Source: Phallusia mammillata (Eukaryota). Taken from it: a DNA stretch of 64,000 nt. The stretch lies in NCBI GenBank assembly GCA_965637545.1, contig OZ281494.1, forward strand, positions 13,764,001-13,828,000. The letters are read 5' to 3'. This document shows, in pieces, positions 23,750 through 37,100 of the stretch (within the stretch, counting starts at the first letter, position 1; each line of letters begins with the position of its first letter). A model generated the notes under the pieces. The model was not told where the DNA came from. It saw only the letters and a list, made by a program, of their open reading frames with translations, and made no database searches. A program made the translations under genes and the position numbers.

Positions 23750-24560
23750 TCACTGCTGTAGTCCGGGGACCCCTGGGGCAATTTCTCCCATCTATCTTGA
23801 TTCTTTGCTAGTCTGTTGTATTCCATGATCTATTTTCCTGTCCACCCCTGAACATTGCCAAAGCCAGTTCGTTCTGGGCCTGCCTTGTCTTCTTATTCCC
23901 TCGTCGGTCCTGTGCATGATGGTGATGTAAGAGTTCTATGGCGACATGTTACATGGCTAACCCATTAAAGCTATGTTAAACAAGATTGGCAACAGTATGC
24001 ACTCTTGAAATACTCCAAAGTCTTAAACTATTTTAGTGCACTTCCATTGGTTAACACAGCATTGATGACCTTTATATTATACAGTGATTTGATCAGGAGG
24101 ATCAGGAAGAGACTGATCCTATGTTTCTTCATGGTGCTCCACAGGGCCTCTGTGACTAAGTTCTTGATGGTGGTCTCTTTTTTTCACCTAGTATTCAATC
24201 TGTTAGACCAGTGGTTCACAAGACTGTAGACTGTACCATCATGTCCTTCCCTTGTTTGTTCTTCAGATAAGACACTCTTGATTTGAGGTATTAGTTTACC
24301 TTTTTTGGTATCATGACTATCAAATATTGTGTCCACGTGGGCCACACTTATCTCATATGTATTCAAGATCTCCTGTGTTATCCAGCAAGGCTTGTTTCTG
24401 GTTCCAGTTTTCATCACAGTCGCATTCATGATTTTAGAGAACTCAGATGTTAATTCTTGAACATTATTTTCCAACAGTGCATCAAATCTGCTTTCAATCT
24501 TTATTTCAAACCCCTTTCTGCAACCTGGCTCTTCAAACGACAAAGGAAAAATACTCTTTT
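23750..24560 (-). mobile_element. Degraded, internally deleted RTE-clade LINE fragment
   Basis: Minus-strand peptides FEIKIESRFDALLE...RNKPCWITQEILN (EN-RT linker-like) and TIMHRTDEGIRRQGRPRTNWL (resembles the RTE ORF C-terminal GKRRRGRPRTRW motif). Stops and frameshifts present; ends approximate. Confidence 0.65.
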
Positions 24561-24573
24561 TAAACAAAAATAT

Positions 24574-24858
24574 AAATCAGTGACAGGGCGTCAGTGAATC
24601 AGTGACAGGGTGTCAGTAAATCTGTGACAGGGTGTCAAAATCAGTGACAGGGCGTCAGTGAATCAGTGACAGGGCGTCAGTGAATCAGTGACAGGGCGTC
24701 AGTGAATCAGTGACAGGGTGTCAGTAAATCTGTGACAGGGTGTCAGTAAATTTGTGACAGGGTGTCAGTAAATTTGTGACAGGGTGTCAGTAAATCTGTG
24801 ACAGGGTGTCATTGACAGGCGATAGGTGACAGCCTGTCACTGAATTGCCACAACCCCG
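24574..24858. repeat. 22-bp tandem array (~11 units of AATC(A/T)GTGACAGGG(C/T)GTCAGT(G/A)) ending in a TIR-like GCCACAACCCCG
   Basis: Tandem units directly visible at 24574-24811 in two sub-variants, followed by the palindrome GTGACAGCCTGTCAC and an end related to 18522. Confidence 0.92.
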
Positions 24859-25171
24859 CCTCCGAAATCGCGCCTGATTTCGTGACATGAAAAAGGCTAA
24901 AAACTGTACAGCAAGTGGCTTCCGCACAAGGCAGTTTATTCAGCTAACAGCTTATGTTATTAAAAGTGCTCAACTGATCAAAGGTACGTTGTGTTCAGTC
25001 TATAAAAAGTTGCTTACCAGCACCCTTAATACTTCACAGCTACTAGTGATTTTATTAAAAGACAGTTGTTTTACACTTTTTACTAGGGCAACTTTGGTTG
25101 CAGCAGTCACTCGATCTTTCCGTGTTTGTGGTGTATAAACAGCAACAACACAATCTACCTACTTTGGAAGC

Positions 25172-28100
25172 ATGGTGGAAACAGAAAATGTTGATAGCCC
25201 TGCGGAAAGTCACCCATTTATTGGCCTGTTGCTTTCAGTCGTGTCGGCCATCTTAGTGGGCAGCAGCTTTATACTGCAAAAGAAAGGCATTCTGCGCACG
25301 AAATTACATCCTTCAAAGCAAGGTACCTTATGTTGTGTCTGGAATTCATGAAATATATGAGTAGACTCTCTGGTCTAATAATGAACATTACTTTACTGCC
25401 AAAGAACTGATGTATAAAGAATACATGAGTGAGTAGTCTAGTTGCATAAAAATATTCAGGACAAATTGCTTGGGTTTGCTATATAATACTAACACTAACC
25501 ACAAATGTGTTTGAATTTGAAAAACGCGTATACACGGGCCCAGTTCAATGAATCACAGACAGTATGTTTTCTAATGTGGATGCTAAAGCGCCTATAATCG
25601 TTTGAACGTGAAAGAAAGCTCGGAATGCAGGGCTGAAATGAGTACATTTTCCTTGCATACAGTACACATAACCATCCCATTCATTTTCAGATGTTTCAAG
25701 TCATACGGAATTTGGATACTTGTTACAGTGCACCTGGTGGCTTGGAATGCTTTCTAGTTAGTGTACCTTCGTTATTTTTTTGTCATCTGCATGCTGTTTT
25801 CGTGGTTAAGTTTATGTTTACCGCTTTTTCACGTATTATATAATGGTTGATTTTTAGTAGATAGGCACATAAAACCGCAAAACACGTGTCATATTGAAAT
25901 TTATGTTTTCCACAGTGGCCGTAGGAGAAATCATTAACTTCGTCGCGTACACGATAGCACCAGCTATACTGATAACTCCGCTTGGAGCACTTCGTGTCAT
26001 CGTCAGGTGAGTTGTACCGGTATTTATATTTTGCTTGCTTGTCACAGTCCCATGATGCTTTACCGCAATGCCAGACATTGTGTGAAGACCTTGTTGGACA
26101 AATTTGCCTCAAGAACTATGTGATAACTTCAACCGTGCGAAGACTAATTCTAAACTTTGTACGAAAGTTTTACATTTTTATTTTTTACCTTTTCTGATTT
26201 CATTGTGGTTATGAATTTATACCAATCTGGTACCTCTTATAACTTATATCTGTCAAAACACGTTTGTTACACACCGGAGATTTTGTGTTGTATGTATTAC
26301 GCAATGCTGGGCAAAGCTGTGATTAAGGGCGACGGTTGTCGCGAATCAGTCCTCTGCAAACGCGACCTCTTGACGACAATCTTGTGGCCTGCTTCGTTTC
26401 TTAGCACGCCTTCCTTTGCAGTGCCAATCACAGGCAGTTTTATTGTCTTATTCCCTGTGCCTAAGTCCCTTCTTGGCAGCACAATGCTTGGGGATTGCTT
26501 GGTTGGTGTAAATTTGCGTTTGTCGATTTGCGGAAGGTTGGAATTTCGACGGAGAGCATTGCTAGCCATTATTTTGCGTTGTGCAGCGTTGAGGGCATTT
26601 CGTGCCGTGTTCCTCTCCCTTTGCCGCCTAATGTGCTCAGGTAACTGTATATCCGTTGGTGCCGTGATTTTTGCGAAGGGCAGGGAGTTATAGATGACGG
26701 CGTGTTTGTTGCACCATCTAAATAACAAGTGACACCCAAAAATATTACTTGGGAGTTCCGAACTGTACAAATGTTTGTCGTGGAATATAATGAATTTCGT
26801 GTTAAAACAAAATTTTAGCCCCTTATGGCAAGTCATTATGTTTTTACGGGTTATTGTTTAAAAAACTTGAATAACCGTTGATTTTTGGTCAAGTTTGTAC
26901 GTTTAATTCAAAAAGGCTATGGCCCATAGCTTACTTACAGGCTTTGTGGTTTAGGTATTTGCAGATTTGTTACCGATCTACCTTATCTCGGTGTCGATCT
27001 TTGCTCGTCGATGACGCTTTTTCGGTTTGTAATTTATTTTTCCGAGGATTTCGCTGCGCATGCCCTCGGATTGTATTCTCAGAAACGTTTCCTCGACCTT
27101 TAAAACAAACAAAGCCGTTAGGCCGCAGGTTAGTAATGCCTACAACCCACCCATGCCTCGTCAACTGGTTCTGGTTGTACAACGATCGAATGAGGTATGT
27201 CTTCCATCCACACGGTGACGCTACCGCGCCGTTGACTCCTGACTCCAAGTGGTGACGACTCCTGCAAAAAGTGAAACCTTTGTCTCACCTACCACCTCTT
27301 GCTGGGAGCTTTAGTAACGTGTTCCCTCAGCACTTACCAACACAATTAGCACCTGTCGCACCCCGAATGTAAACGCACAAACGTTTTTTGCCGTATTTAC
27401 GAGGATTTGTTTTCCTCGAACCATCAGTGTATGACAAATAACTTTTTTTGATTGGAATAGTCAGCGGATTGCCCACCGACAGCATAGTATAGTTATGGCT
27501 AACCTTTATTTTACCAAACTGCGATCATTGTTGAACAGAAAGTTTCATACCTCTAGTAAGCTTTTTCTGACTTCTTTGAGCCTCTCCTGGATCGATTCAC
27601 GTCTTGTTGTTTCCTTTCTAATTAAGTCGGCCACCTTTGGCATGGTTTTTTTCCTTCCCGATTTATCGTGCGCGGTAAGGTTGAGAAAATTGACCGCGTT
27701 TTTGACTTGTTTCCACTGCGCATGAACTGTTCCCTTTGCTGTTCGAAGCGTGGTGGTCGAAGCCACTCTGCGCACGTCGCTTGGCATATCCACCGGCAGA
27801 TTCTTTACCTATAGAAACATTATACAGAACAGGCAGACTTTACTAAATTTAATTACTGCCTAATAGCCAACATTTGCTTTTTTTAAACGGTAATAAACTG
27901 AACGTTCGTGTGGTAATACCAGTCTAAACTTTACTCGATAGAATTGTCAGTTTTTGCTTATTTCGTGCTCAGAACACTTTCAAGTGTCAAGTGCTGCTCT
28001 GATTGATGTTGCATTCGATTCGCTTACCCGCACTGGAAGCTGAATGGACCAAGGTGTAGTCTGTCCGAACGTGCCCACGTATCTCCCGATGTCCGTCCAC

Positions 28101-31100
28101 AAACGCACGCTGCCGTCAACACTCCCGGATGCGATTAGCCGGTGGTCATCTATGTAGGCCAGGGACGTAACAGAATGAAGGTGTGCTCGTACAGACATCT
28201 TTAACTCCGGTGGTTCCTTACAGGGCATGTAGCGACTTACCTGCGTTAAAATAAACTAGTGACAAAATAGTGACATTTTGAACCGCTCCTAGATAAAACT
28301 CCTGGGTTGGTATTGGTTGCTGGTTGGTGATGTCCATCTTAACGAATATATGTTTTTTGTCATAAATTGTGGGACTCAACATAACGACGAACTTATACCT
28401 GGTTTATTGACCTAAACACTTGTTACTTTTCTTCACTTACTACTTCATCGACGTCGCTATCGTCATCATCCATCTCCATTCTTGACGACTGATTTTTGTA
28501 CCGTCTGGACACTACGTCCGGACCGTTGCAGTAACCTTCTATCTTCCACAGTCGTATGTAGCCCCGCGTGTCTGCAGTTACCAACGTGAGGTCGTGCTTG
28601 TCTACCGCCATCGTGGTCACAAAGTCGCACAGATCCTTCCTCTTGCACGCCTAAAAATTGGCGGATGAAACATACATCTTCACACGTGTTAAATGTATAA
28701 AATTAAATGGTAGTTTTCTCACGAGTGGGAAATATTTACTACGATGCGGCTTGATGCTTGGAATCCCAACACCAAGTTATACCTGCATAAACCACTGCAA
28801 AAGAGGAAAATACTTGGCACCAAAATCGCCTCATCGCTTTTTACATGCGCCGAGCGTACCGGTCGGCGGTTGCAGTCACTTAAGCAGAGGAGCTTTAGTT
28901 TGCGTGTTTTTGCAGTTTTAGTGGTTTTATTTCGCCACAACATTTCTTGTTTTTCAGACACTGAAGGTGCTTATAAAAACGAAACGCATTGTGTCTTGTG
29001 AGACAATAAAAATGTTTTAGTTTAGGGTTTTCACTCCGAAAGAGCATTCATGATTTCTTTGTTTTTTGCAAAGGAATTGGATTTTTTATCCTATCAACGA
29101 AATATGTTGCAGTTTTACCATCATAACATTTTTCGAAACCACCAATCTTTGCAGGATTCAAATATCATTGATAGATGCTTACCTGAAAATATCCGAGCAA
29201 ACCGCCACGTTGGTGAACCGACCATGTGCAAATCCACCCGCCCGAACAAGATGTCACCAGGTTGCCGATCGTTTCTTTGCATTTGCGTGTCTGAAGGAAA
29301 ATAATTTTGTAGACTGCTTGATCTGTGATCTTGGAAATACCCTTTTGGCCTGATGATGATAGTTGCTCTGGTGTGGCTGACGATGTGCGACTGCTGCTTG
29401 TTGAAGTCTCCATGCCGTCTGATTCCGAGGAGTCGCTCGAGAGAGGCATGTTCGGATCTAAGAATACTTAGCAGAAATGAACCAAGAAAGCTAAAAAGTT
29501 AAAACACCACTTTATATACAGTGAATGTTAGATTACTTTTTTTTGCAAAGCATTGTTTCTGTAGAAATTTCAGGAACTCGTATCAGCCTCAATTTTCTAA
29601 GATTTGAAACTGCAAATTCTGCTTAAAAGATAAAGCTGCAATTTCACGACATACCATGCTCGTAGAAGTTCTTTTTCTGTCCGAGCCAGGGAAGATGTTT
29701 TGGCAGCCAAACATCGGATCGTCGCACGAACAAGCGGTTAGTTGTTGCCGATCGACGACCGTGACGTCTGATAAACTGTTGTGCCATTGGGTCTGAAACA
29801 AGGATCGAACGTTTGTCTGAAAAATCCTGATAAAACAGAACCAACTTGTTGAAATTTATTCTACTCGATGTGAAAACATATAGAGTGTCTCCACTTTCAT
29901 TGAAAACTTTCAGCCTTCAGGTGCCAACGAGACCTCTTTGGCTAATAATATTGGGATTTCGCCAGTATACTGGCTAGGTGTCAACAGTACCGTGTCGGTC
30001 TTATTTGCAAACCTAAGTAAGTAAAAGCTGCTGATGCGATACTTACCTGAATCATTAGAGTTGGTGCTTGGTGTAGAGTCATTACCAGGGATCGGACTCC
30101 GTTTTTCTGTCTTTATTGGGGTGGCCATAGGACCAACGGTATGTCTCCGCTTATTGTCAGGAAACCGTTCTTCTAGGTGCAGGGGAAGAAGGCTTACGTG
30201 CATGTTAAAGACCATGTGGACATCGCCGGTCTCAAGCGACCATAGAAAGATGTCGCCGTCGTACGAGGCCGAAGCGAATGTGGCATAGCGATCGTAGTAG
30301 TCCATGCTCAAGACGTCGTCATTGTGGGTTTGTTTGAGCAGTTGGTACCGGTCGTCGCCATACGAATCAAGGTACACGCAAACATGGCGGTTCCATCCCG
30401 CAGTCACAATCCGTTGTCTACAAAATATACCTGTTTGGAAGGAATCTTATGAATATTACGTCGGGTTCTTAGGACGACTGAAGCCCAATCATCGAAATAG
30501 TCTCCCTTTCTTTTTTGTTTGCTTTATCGCATACCAACTCTCGTATTGTGTTTTTACACGTTATGTTTAAGTTTTGCATTACACTTTAGTTTCCCAACAA
30601 GGCACGGATTTTGGTGATATCAAATACCTTGTGAAGACAACATCAGAAATTTCTTGGCTGTCCATTTTCTCCAGACTACGCAGCTTTGCACCGTTGTTAA
30701 AGTTCCACAAGGTTGCTGTTCCGTTTCTTCCTCCTGTTTGTATGAAACAATATGTCAAGTTTTTATAGGTCATCGAGGACGTTGTCTGTCGTACCTGTCA
30801 ACAAGCGCCTGTTAGTTGGATCAAAAGCCATGCAGGTGATCTCTGCTTCGGACCCTGTGCTAAACTGCATCTGTTTTACTCCAGTCTTAATGTCCCACAG
30901 GCAAACCATCGAGTCGTCGCCTCCGGTCACAATCTATGATAAGAGTACAAGCAAGTTTACAGAAAGACATACTTTAAGGTCACGTTTGTTTTTGACAAAA
31001 ATATATTGCTTTTCTTTGTCGAAAGTCGAACCACATAAACCGCCATGGCTGTAGTCGCCAGTGCAAATACAAACGTGCATTTCAAACTTCATCTTTGACA

Positions 31101-34100
31101 AATTTATGCAGACCAGTGAATACTCGAGTAAAATCTCAGTACACCAAGCAACACCAAAATACCTGATTAAACAATGGATTGTAAAGGACCTGGACCACTG
31201 CTTTCTGATGGCTTTTTGCCATTTTTTGCTTGTATCCAGACAAAGATCCAGTGCGGGGATGTAAGACAGCAATCCGGTTTGTTGCAATCACCAACTCCGC
31301 ACGGCGTTCGTTGAAATATGCTGCACTGATGTCAAGTCGCCCAATAGTGAACTTTCCTCCGTGGATGTTCTGTTTGCAAGAGTAGTCGCGCAGATCCCAG
31401 ATCCGGACGTTTTTGTCCTTGCTTATGCTGCGGATAAATTGTGGAGGGCACAGTTTTGTGATATGCAAGTTGCTATTGATTAGTAAGCAAGCGAATGAGA
31501 TTACTTTTGTTGGTTTACCCCTAAGTTGTAAATATGTGCTTTTAGGTTGGGGATTTAAAACATATTGAAATGCAAACTTTCAATAGTGTTGAAGCAATTT
31601 CTATGTCAGTCTGTATATAATCGAAAAACGTTTCTCTTAAAAAGCTGTATGTAGGTCTGATTAACGAACAGCCAAGTGCATACGATGCAACGGTATTTCA
31701 TTTTACAATAATCATGATTAACATTACTCAAAGCCAGTTTGAAAACCCAGTTCCAAGGTTCTGCTTTAAACCAACTCTATCTGCAATCTCACCTTATAAT
31801 CTGATGGTCGCACATTCTCACAAGAACATGCAAAACTGCTGTGTTGTGGCCTTTCAGTACCGCGGACGATTTGGCCACCACATAGGGGTTCCACACTCTG
31901 ACGTCACAACCCCGACTTCCGGTCACTATCAGGTTCCACTCAGGGTCGTAAGCCAGACACAAAACTCCCTTGCGAGCGTGAAAGTAGGAACGTCTGCAAG
32001 GATATTTGTTTTTGAGAATATTAGAATTTTTCGATCTGTTTTTGCACACAGATTCATTTGGACCTGGATTTGTTTTGGAAAACGATCTCAGATTTAGATA
32101 CAATTTTGTTTTGATGTTCAAAAGTGAAAACGCGGTTTTTAGTCGGCGCTATTTTGAGCCTCTTTCCTGAAGCAGATATTTATCCCCTTGCGGTATTTTT
32201 AATATCTAACGCAGGTTTGTTTCCACATTTTGACGAAGGAGTGACTAAAAACTTTTAAATTTACACAAGTGTAACCAAATTTAACATTAGAACGAGTGAT
32301 ATTTAAATCATTTATGGCTTCTTTAGTTCCTTATTAACTTTTGATTTTGCTTAATACCTGTTCACTGTAAATGTTTCTGATGGGCTTGTTTTCACTTTCT
32401 CGGTGATATCAGCAAAAAACAGAGCTTGCTTTTCCTTCACACATCCGGAAATAAAACACTCCTGACCCTGAACGGATTCAAAATATTAATCGCAGTATGC
32501 TATCCCCTGTTGCTGTAAGCTTCTCCTATAGTTTCTTATTGTTTGTGACAAACATCCATGTTTAGTTTTTTGGTGGTAAAGTAGTTATTAGTTGTCATGA
32601 CAAACCGAATCAGGACAATGTTTTTTAATAATTCGTTGTTTTGCCATCAGCGCGACGTTAACGGCACGCAAAACGTAAAGTTTGCGGCAGCTGAATGCAC
32701 TTTAAGCTGCCGATCGTAGGATCAAACTCACCTCTTGCGAGTTGTGTTTGCGTGGTGAGTTAAACCCCTTAAATCGAGCTTTAATTGAAAAAAAACTTAT
32801 CAGGTCAATAAAATAATGCAACTGGGCAAAACACAAGGTCTCATTTGTAAAAATCGTTAAACCTCAAACTCAAAACTTAAAACTCGCAATGGTCTTACCT
32901 TTTTATTGACAAAATATCGCACTTGCTGTACCCAATCACTGTGCACGTTGCGAAACTTTACCGTCTGTATCCCTGGAATTCGGCCGCGTAAAAGACGAAG
33001 CATGGACATGCGGTTGTTTGGACAGAGAGGCGCTGCAAACAAACTCAGATTGGGGTTGTCGAAAAATCGTACGATGATCACACTGCCGCTAGTGTCGCCC
33101 CAGAGCAAGATTGCGTGACGTGGATCCTTCAAGTCGTAGCTGTAGTCGATTGTCAACGCGCAGTTTTTCATATCTGTGGTTTTTCACAAAAGTTTTTAGA
33201 AGTTTTTTAACTTAAATGCTCTTCAAATTTGTCACGTGATTCTCAAGAAAAAAATTTGAAATGAAGTATTTCGTTTGAAATGCGTATTTAAAGTTTCACT
33301 TTTGGTTATGATTTTTGGTTGTAGGTAGAAAACAGTATGTTGCAGAACTGAACGAAATCAGAATTGGCAAGCACATGATTCTTTACCTCTGATTTGAAAT
33401 CGCTTTTTGATCATGTTTGACGTCATGGTGTAGAAGGACATCTCATAATCAGTAGTTGCGACTGCCAAGGTGTTGCAGTTTGTCATGATCACCATATCAG
33501 TCACAGACACAGACTTTGTAGCAACCTGGTTGCCGCCCGGTTGACCGTGACGAACGCTATCTAGTGTTGTGGATTTTTGCAGGGTCCAGTCAAGATTCCA
33601 TATGTTCAGCACGCCCTCACGTGACAGAGTAAGGTAACGGCTTGACGAGTCGTCAGGAGCCTGGACTCCCTGCATGTGGTGGCGAGTAGACAACGCCTGG
33701 AGAATTATTACTATTCGTTGCACTTTTAACACTTTGATATCAATTTTAAAATTGTGTCCTCTAAAATATTGGGCCTTACGCAGATCGAAAAATGGCCGTT
33801 TGTTTTCTTGCGTGTAATGCAAAACACATGTTTAATAATAATATTAGTTGATTGAAAATGGATTTAAAACAAGATCTTGTCAAAAAAATGGAATCCAATT
33901 GTTTTAACCTGCCAAGAAGTTGGATGCATCTTTGTGCGTTTTTACGCATTTACATAACTTGCTCTAAAACACTTTTTTGGGGGTAATTTGATGTTTTTTT
34001 GATGATTGTCCTCGCCTGGGTAACTTTGTAAAAACTAAAACGTAATCACAAATGAGCAAAAACACGTTTTGCATCCATCATGATAAGTCTGCTTTTTTAC

Positions 34101-37100
34101 AACTATGCTCTCGTGTGAGTAGTAAAATGCAAAAATTTAACACAGCTGAAAATATCTTACCTGCAGCATTCTGACACTGCAAATCGAATCAAGGTGATTG
34201 CTTGGTTTGTACGAAGGGGGGCTGGGAAAGGGACAGTCCTGGTCCAAAGTAAACATGTTTTTCTTCTCCTGGTACTCGAGTAGCATGTAAGATAAATACT
34301 CGTCCCAATCCACTGTTCCGTCGCAGTTGTTGTCCACCTTTGTTGTCATAAATTATTTTGCTAACATTTTATGGTGCGGGCAATTTTAGAAAAAATGTTT
34401 TGTAATGCGACTAAAAATCGATAAATTTGGTAATGTTAGATTCCTTAATAATTGTCTATTTTACAAATTGTTTTGTAATTGAACTAAAAATCAGCGTATT
34501 TGGTTAACTTTTACGCTTGGGTTAAAAAGGTCGGCGACGCAATGAAATGAAACGATATGACGTCTAAACGTGGTTGCATAAAACTCATTTGCCAAGAAAG
34601 CTAGTCCAAGTTTACACAATGCTTAACAGCAACGAATTTATATACGTGAAAAGACATTTGACGAAAAAAGTGACTATAGCATTTGAGAAAATGAAGTAAT
34701 TTTCGGACACTGTGTCTTTCTAATAAGTCAAGGTCAAATACTGTTCTTTCAATGTACGCGCTCAGTTGTTCCTGTCACATCATGATTACTTTACCTTCAT
34801 AAATATCATGTCGAGTTCAGTATCATCGATGTCGTTGCCCATCGTTTTCTTCATTGCAATACGAAACTGCTCCATATCAAGTCCTTCTTCGCCAGCGGAG
34901 CCTATATTTGTTTGTACGAGTTGGATATATATCATTCAAACCCTGACGGTCTAAAGGTGATACTTTGGAACAGTGCTTTACTGGCATTTTTTGTACCTCG
35001 CTACATTCCTTTTTTATTTTTTTGCTTTGGCACAGTAACCAGTAAACTTTTTCAAAGACACTGTTTTTATAGCGAAATAAATTTGTCTAAAACAAAAGAG
35101 CTATGAGATGTTAACCTAGAAATAAATGTTTCCGAATTTGTGATGTATTATATGAAAAGTGCAAATCGTGACGGGAATTGCAATAGAATTGGGAATGATT
35201 CTCAGAATCAGTTTACTAGTACTGATTAAAGTTTAACATTTTTTAACACATGAAGGGCATTAAGAACACACTGCTTGGCTCAACACCAACTTCCAACTTT
35301 CGACTCGGTTTGACGGGATTTAGCATTATCCGTACATTCATGTTGCAAACATTTAGAAATTATAACAGGGCGCAATATAGCATTGTTCATGACAGACATA
35401 CTATACTATTCCTACTTCTATTCTCACACCTTCCTTAAATATCTTCTCCAACTGTTGCAAGTGTTCGTGGTTCATCTGGTCGTCAACTTTCCTTGGTATT
35501 TTCGCTTCCTTTCCCGACTAACAAAACATTTGCTGCAATTAACCTTCGGACTATACAATGTGTTTAGCTCTCAGGACACCTCAATTACTCTTTGTTAATC
35601 AAAAAGTTACCTTCTTTTTGCTTGAAGATTTCGCCTGTGCATCTTCAGCAAGCATGTCAGCTTTACTTTTGCTTCGCTTTTGCTTGTCAGCTGAAGATTC
35701 GTCCACGTTCGTTTCAACTCCGGACGACCTGATTCAACTCTCAATGGTTTTACATCTTGGGCCAGATGTTTTAATAAGAGCTCTTACATTTGTAAGATTT
35801 AAACCCAAGTTTGTTACCACAACCTGGTTATAATCTGTTGGTGTTGTGTTTGTTTTGACCATTTCACTTGTTTAAACTAATGGACCTCCAATAGGTGTTT
35901 GTTTGGGCGTTTCTGCTATTTGGTATCCTAATTGTTCACTTTATCATTACCTGCGTGACTCTAGCTTGTTTGAAGAGGACATTTCGGCAACAGGCAAAGA
36001 CAAAGTGTCTTTAACAACTTCATTTGCTTCGCTTTTCTTCTGCTGAGAATTGGAACTCTCCGTTTGCAAAGTGTCGGTAGGCGATGATGGGGATTCCCCT
36101 ATCGCCCCGACATTGTCGGAGATCACTTCGCTCATTTCCAGTTATCTGCATAAATGAGCTTTTTGCTATGCATAATGACGGTTAAAGAGGTAAAAAGATA
36201 ACTTTTTTACAACTAAACAAATGTTAAAGGCCGTCATTACGAATAACATTGCTTTGGATAAACCTATCCTATCATTCTATTCATGCTCGGTTTTGAAACC
36301 TATCAAATACACCTTTCTTGTATTTTTAAAGTATCTAAGATGCATGAAGCTTTTGCTAGCCCTAACTGCAGTTAAGGCCTAAAAGTGAATCATATATCAC
36401 ATAAAGAGGTTAAAATATCCACGCCACTTACCTTTTTCCCTTCTATAAAATTTTTGGTGCAGTTTTGCCGCTTTCGAAGCCGCAAATCCAAGAAATCTAT
36501 ATTTTAGCGTTAAAAACAAAAATGATAAGATTACTTTTATTACCATGTCGTCTCCGACTAATAATTGTCTCCCAAAAAGCACATTGATACACTTTTCTAT
36601 TGATTAAACTGTTGCCGTCAACATTTTTGTGATGTCTAGGTAACGTTTCCTTACCAAAGCCATTGTCTGTATTGATTGGCTTGTGTCGTAACAATGGGCT
36701 TTCTGACGTTTCTTATGAGGTGGTTTTACATGCTATTTCTTCACACCCAGCATTTTTTGAGCAATTTAAGCAAGGTTTTCCTTTGACATTTACACATTCT
36801 ATTTTGTGCAGTTCTCTAAAGTTTGCATAGTGTAGGTTTTAGGGATATGACTGTGTACGGAATTCGACACTATTTAGAAAACCTGCCAGATTTGATAATG
36901 GATCAGTTCAAAGCTTTTACAAACTCTCATGCTTTTTGCAAACCTTACACAAGTTATGTCAGTTTGGAGTTATAGTTTAAAAATCCACAAATTACGTGTT
37001 TCGGGTCTAATCAAAAAAATACAGTCTAACATATGTGCACCTATTGTGATAACTGGGCGTTTTTAACGTAATCAATAAAATGATCCATGTTAATGTAGTC

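Noticed and set aside
24574-24811. CRISPR-like array
   Set aside because: The units are contiguous near-identical 22-mers with no unique spacers, there are no cas genes, and the context is eukaryotic.
26878-31264. Plus-strand ORFs inside NIPA intron 3 as extra genes
   Set aside because: They are antisense shadows of the minus-strand WD40 gene exons.
34945-34953. 9-nt microexon in the EF-hand region of the WD40 gene
   Set aside because: It is phase-compatible and flanked by AG/GT, but such short matches arise by chance and the gene model is in frame without it; it needs RNA-seq.
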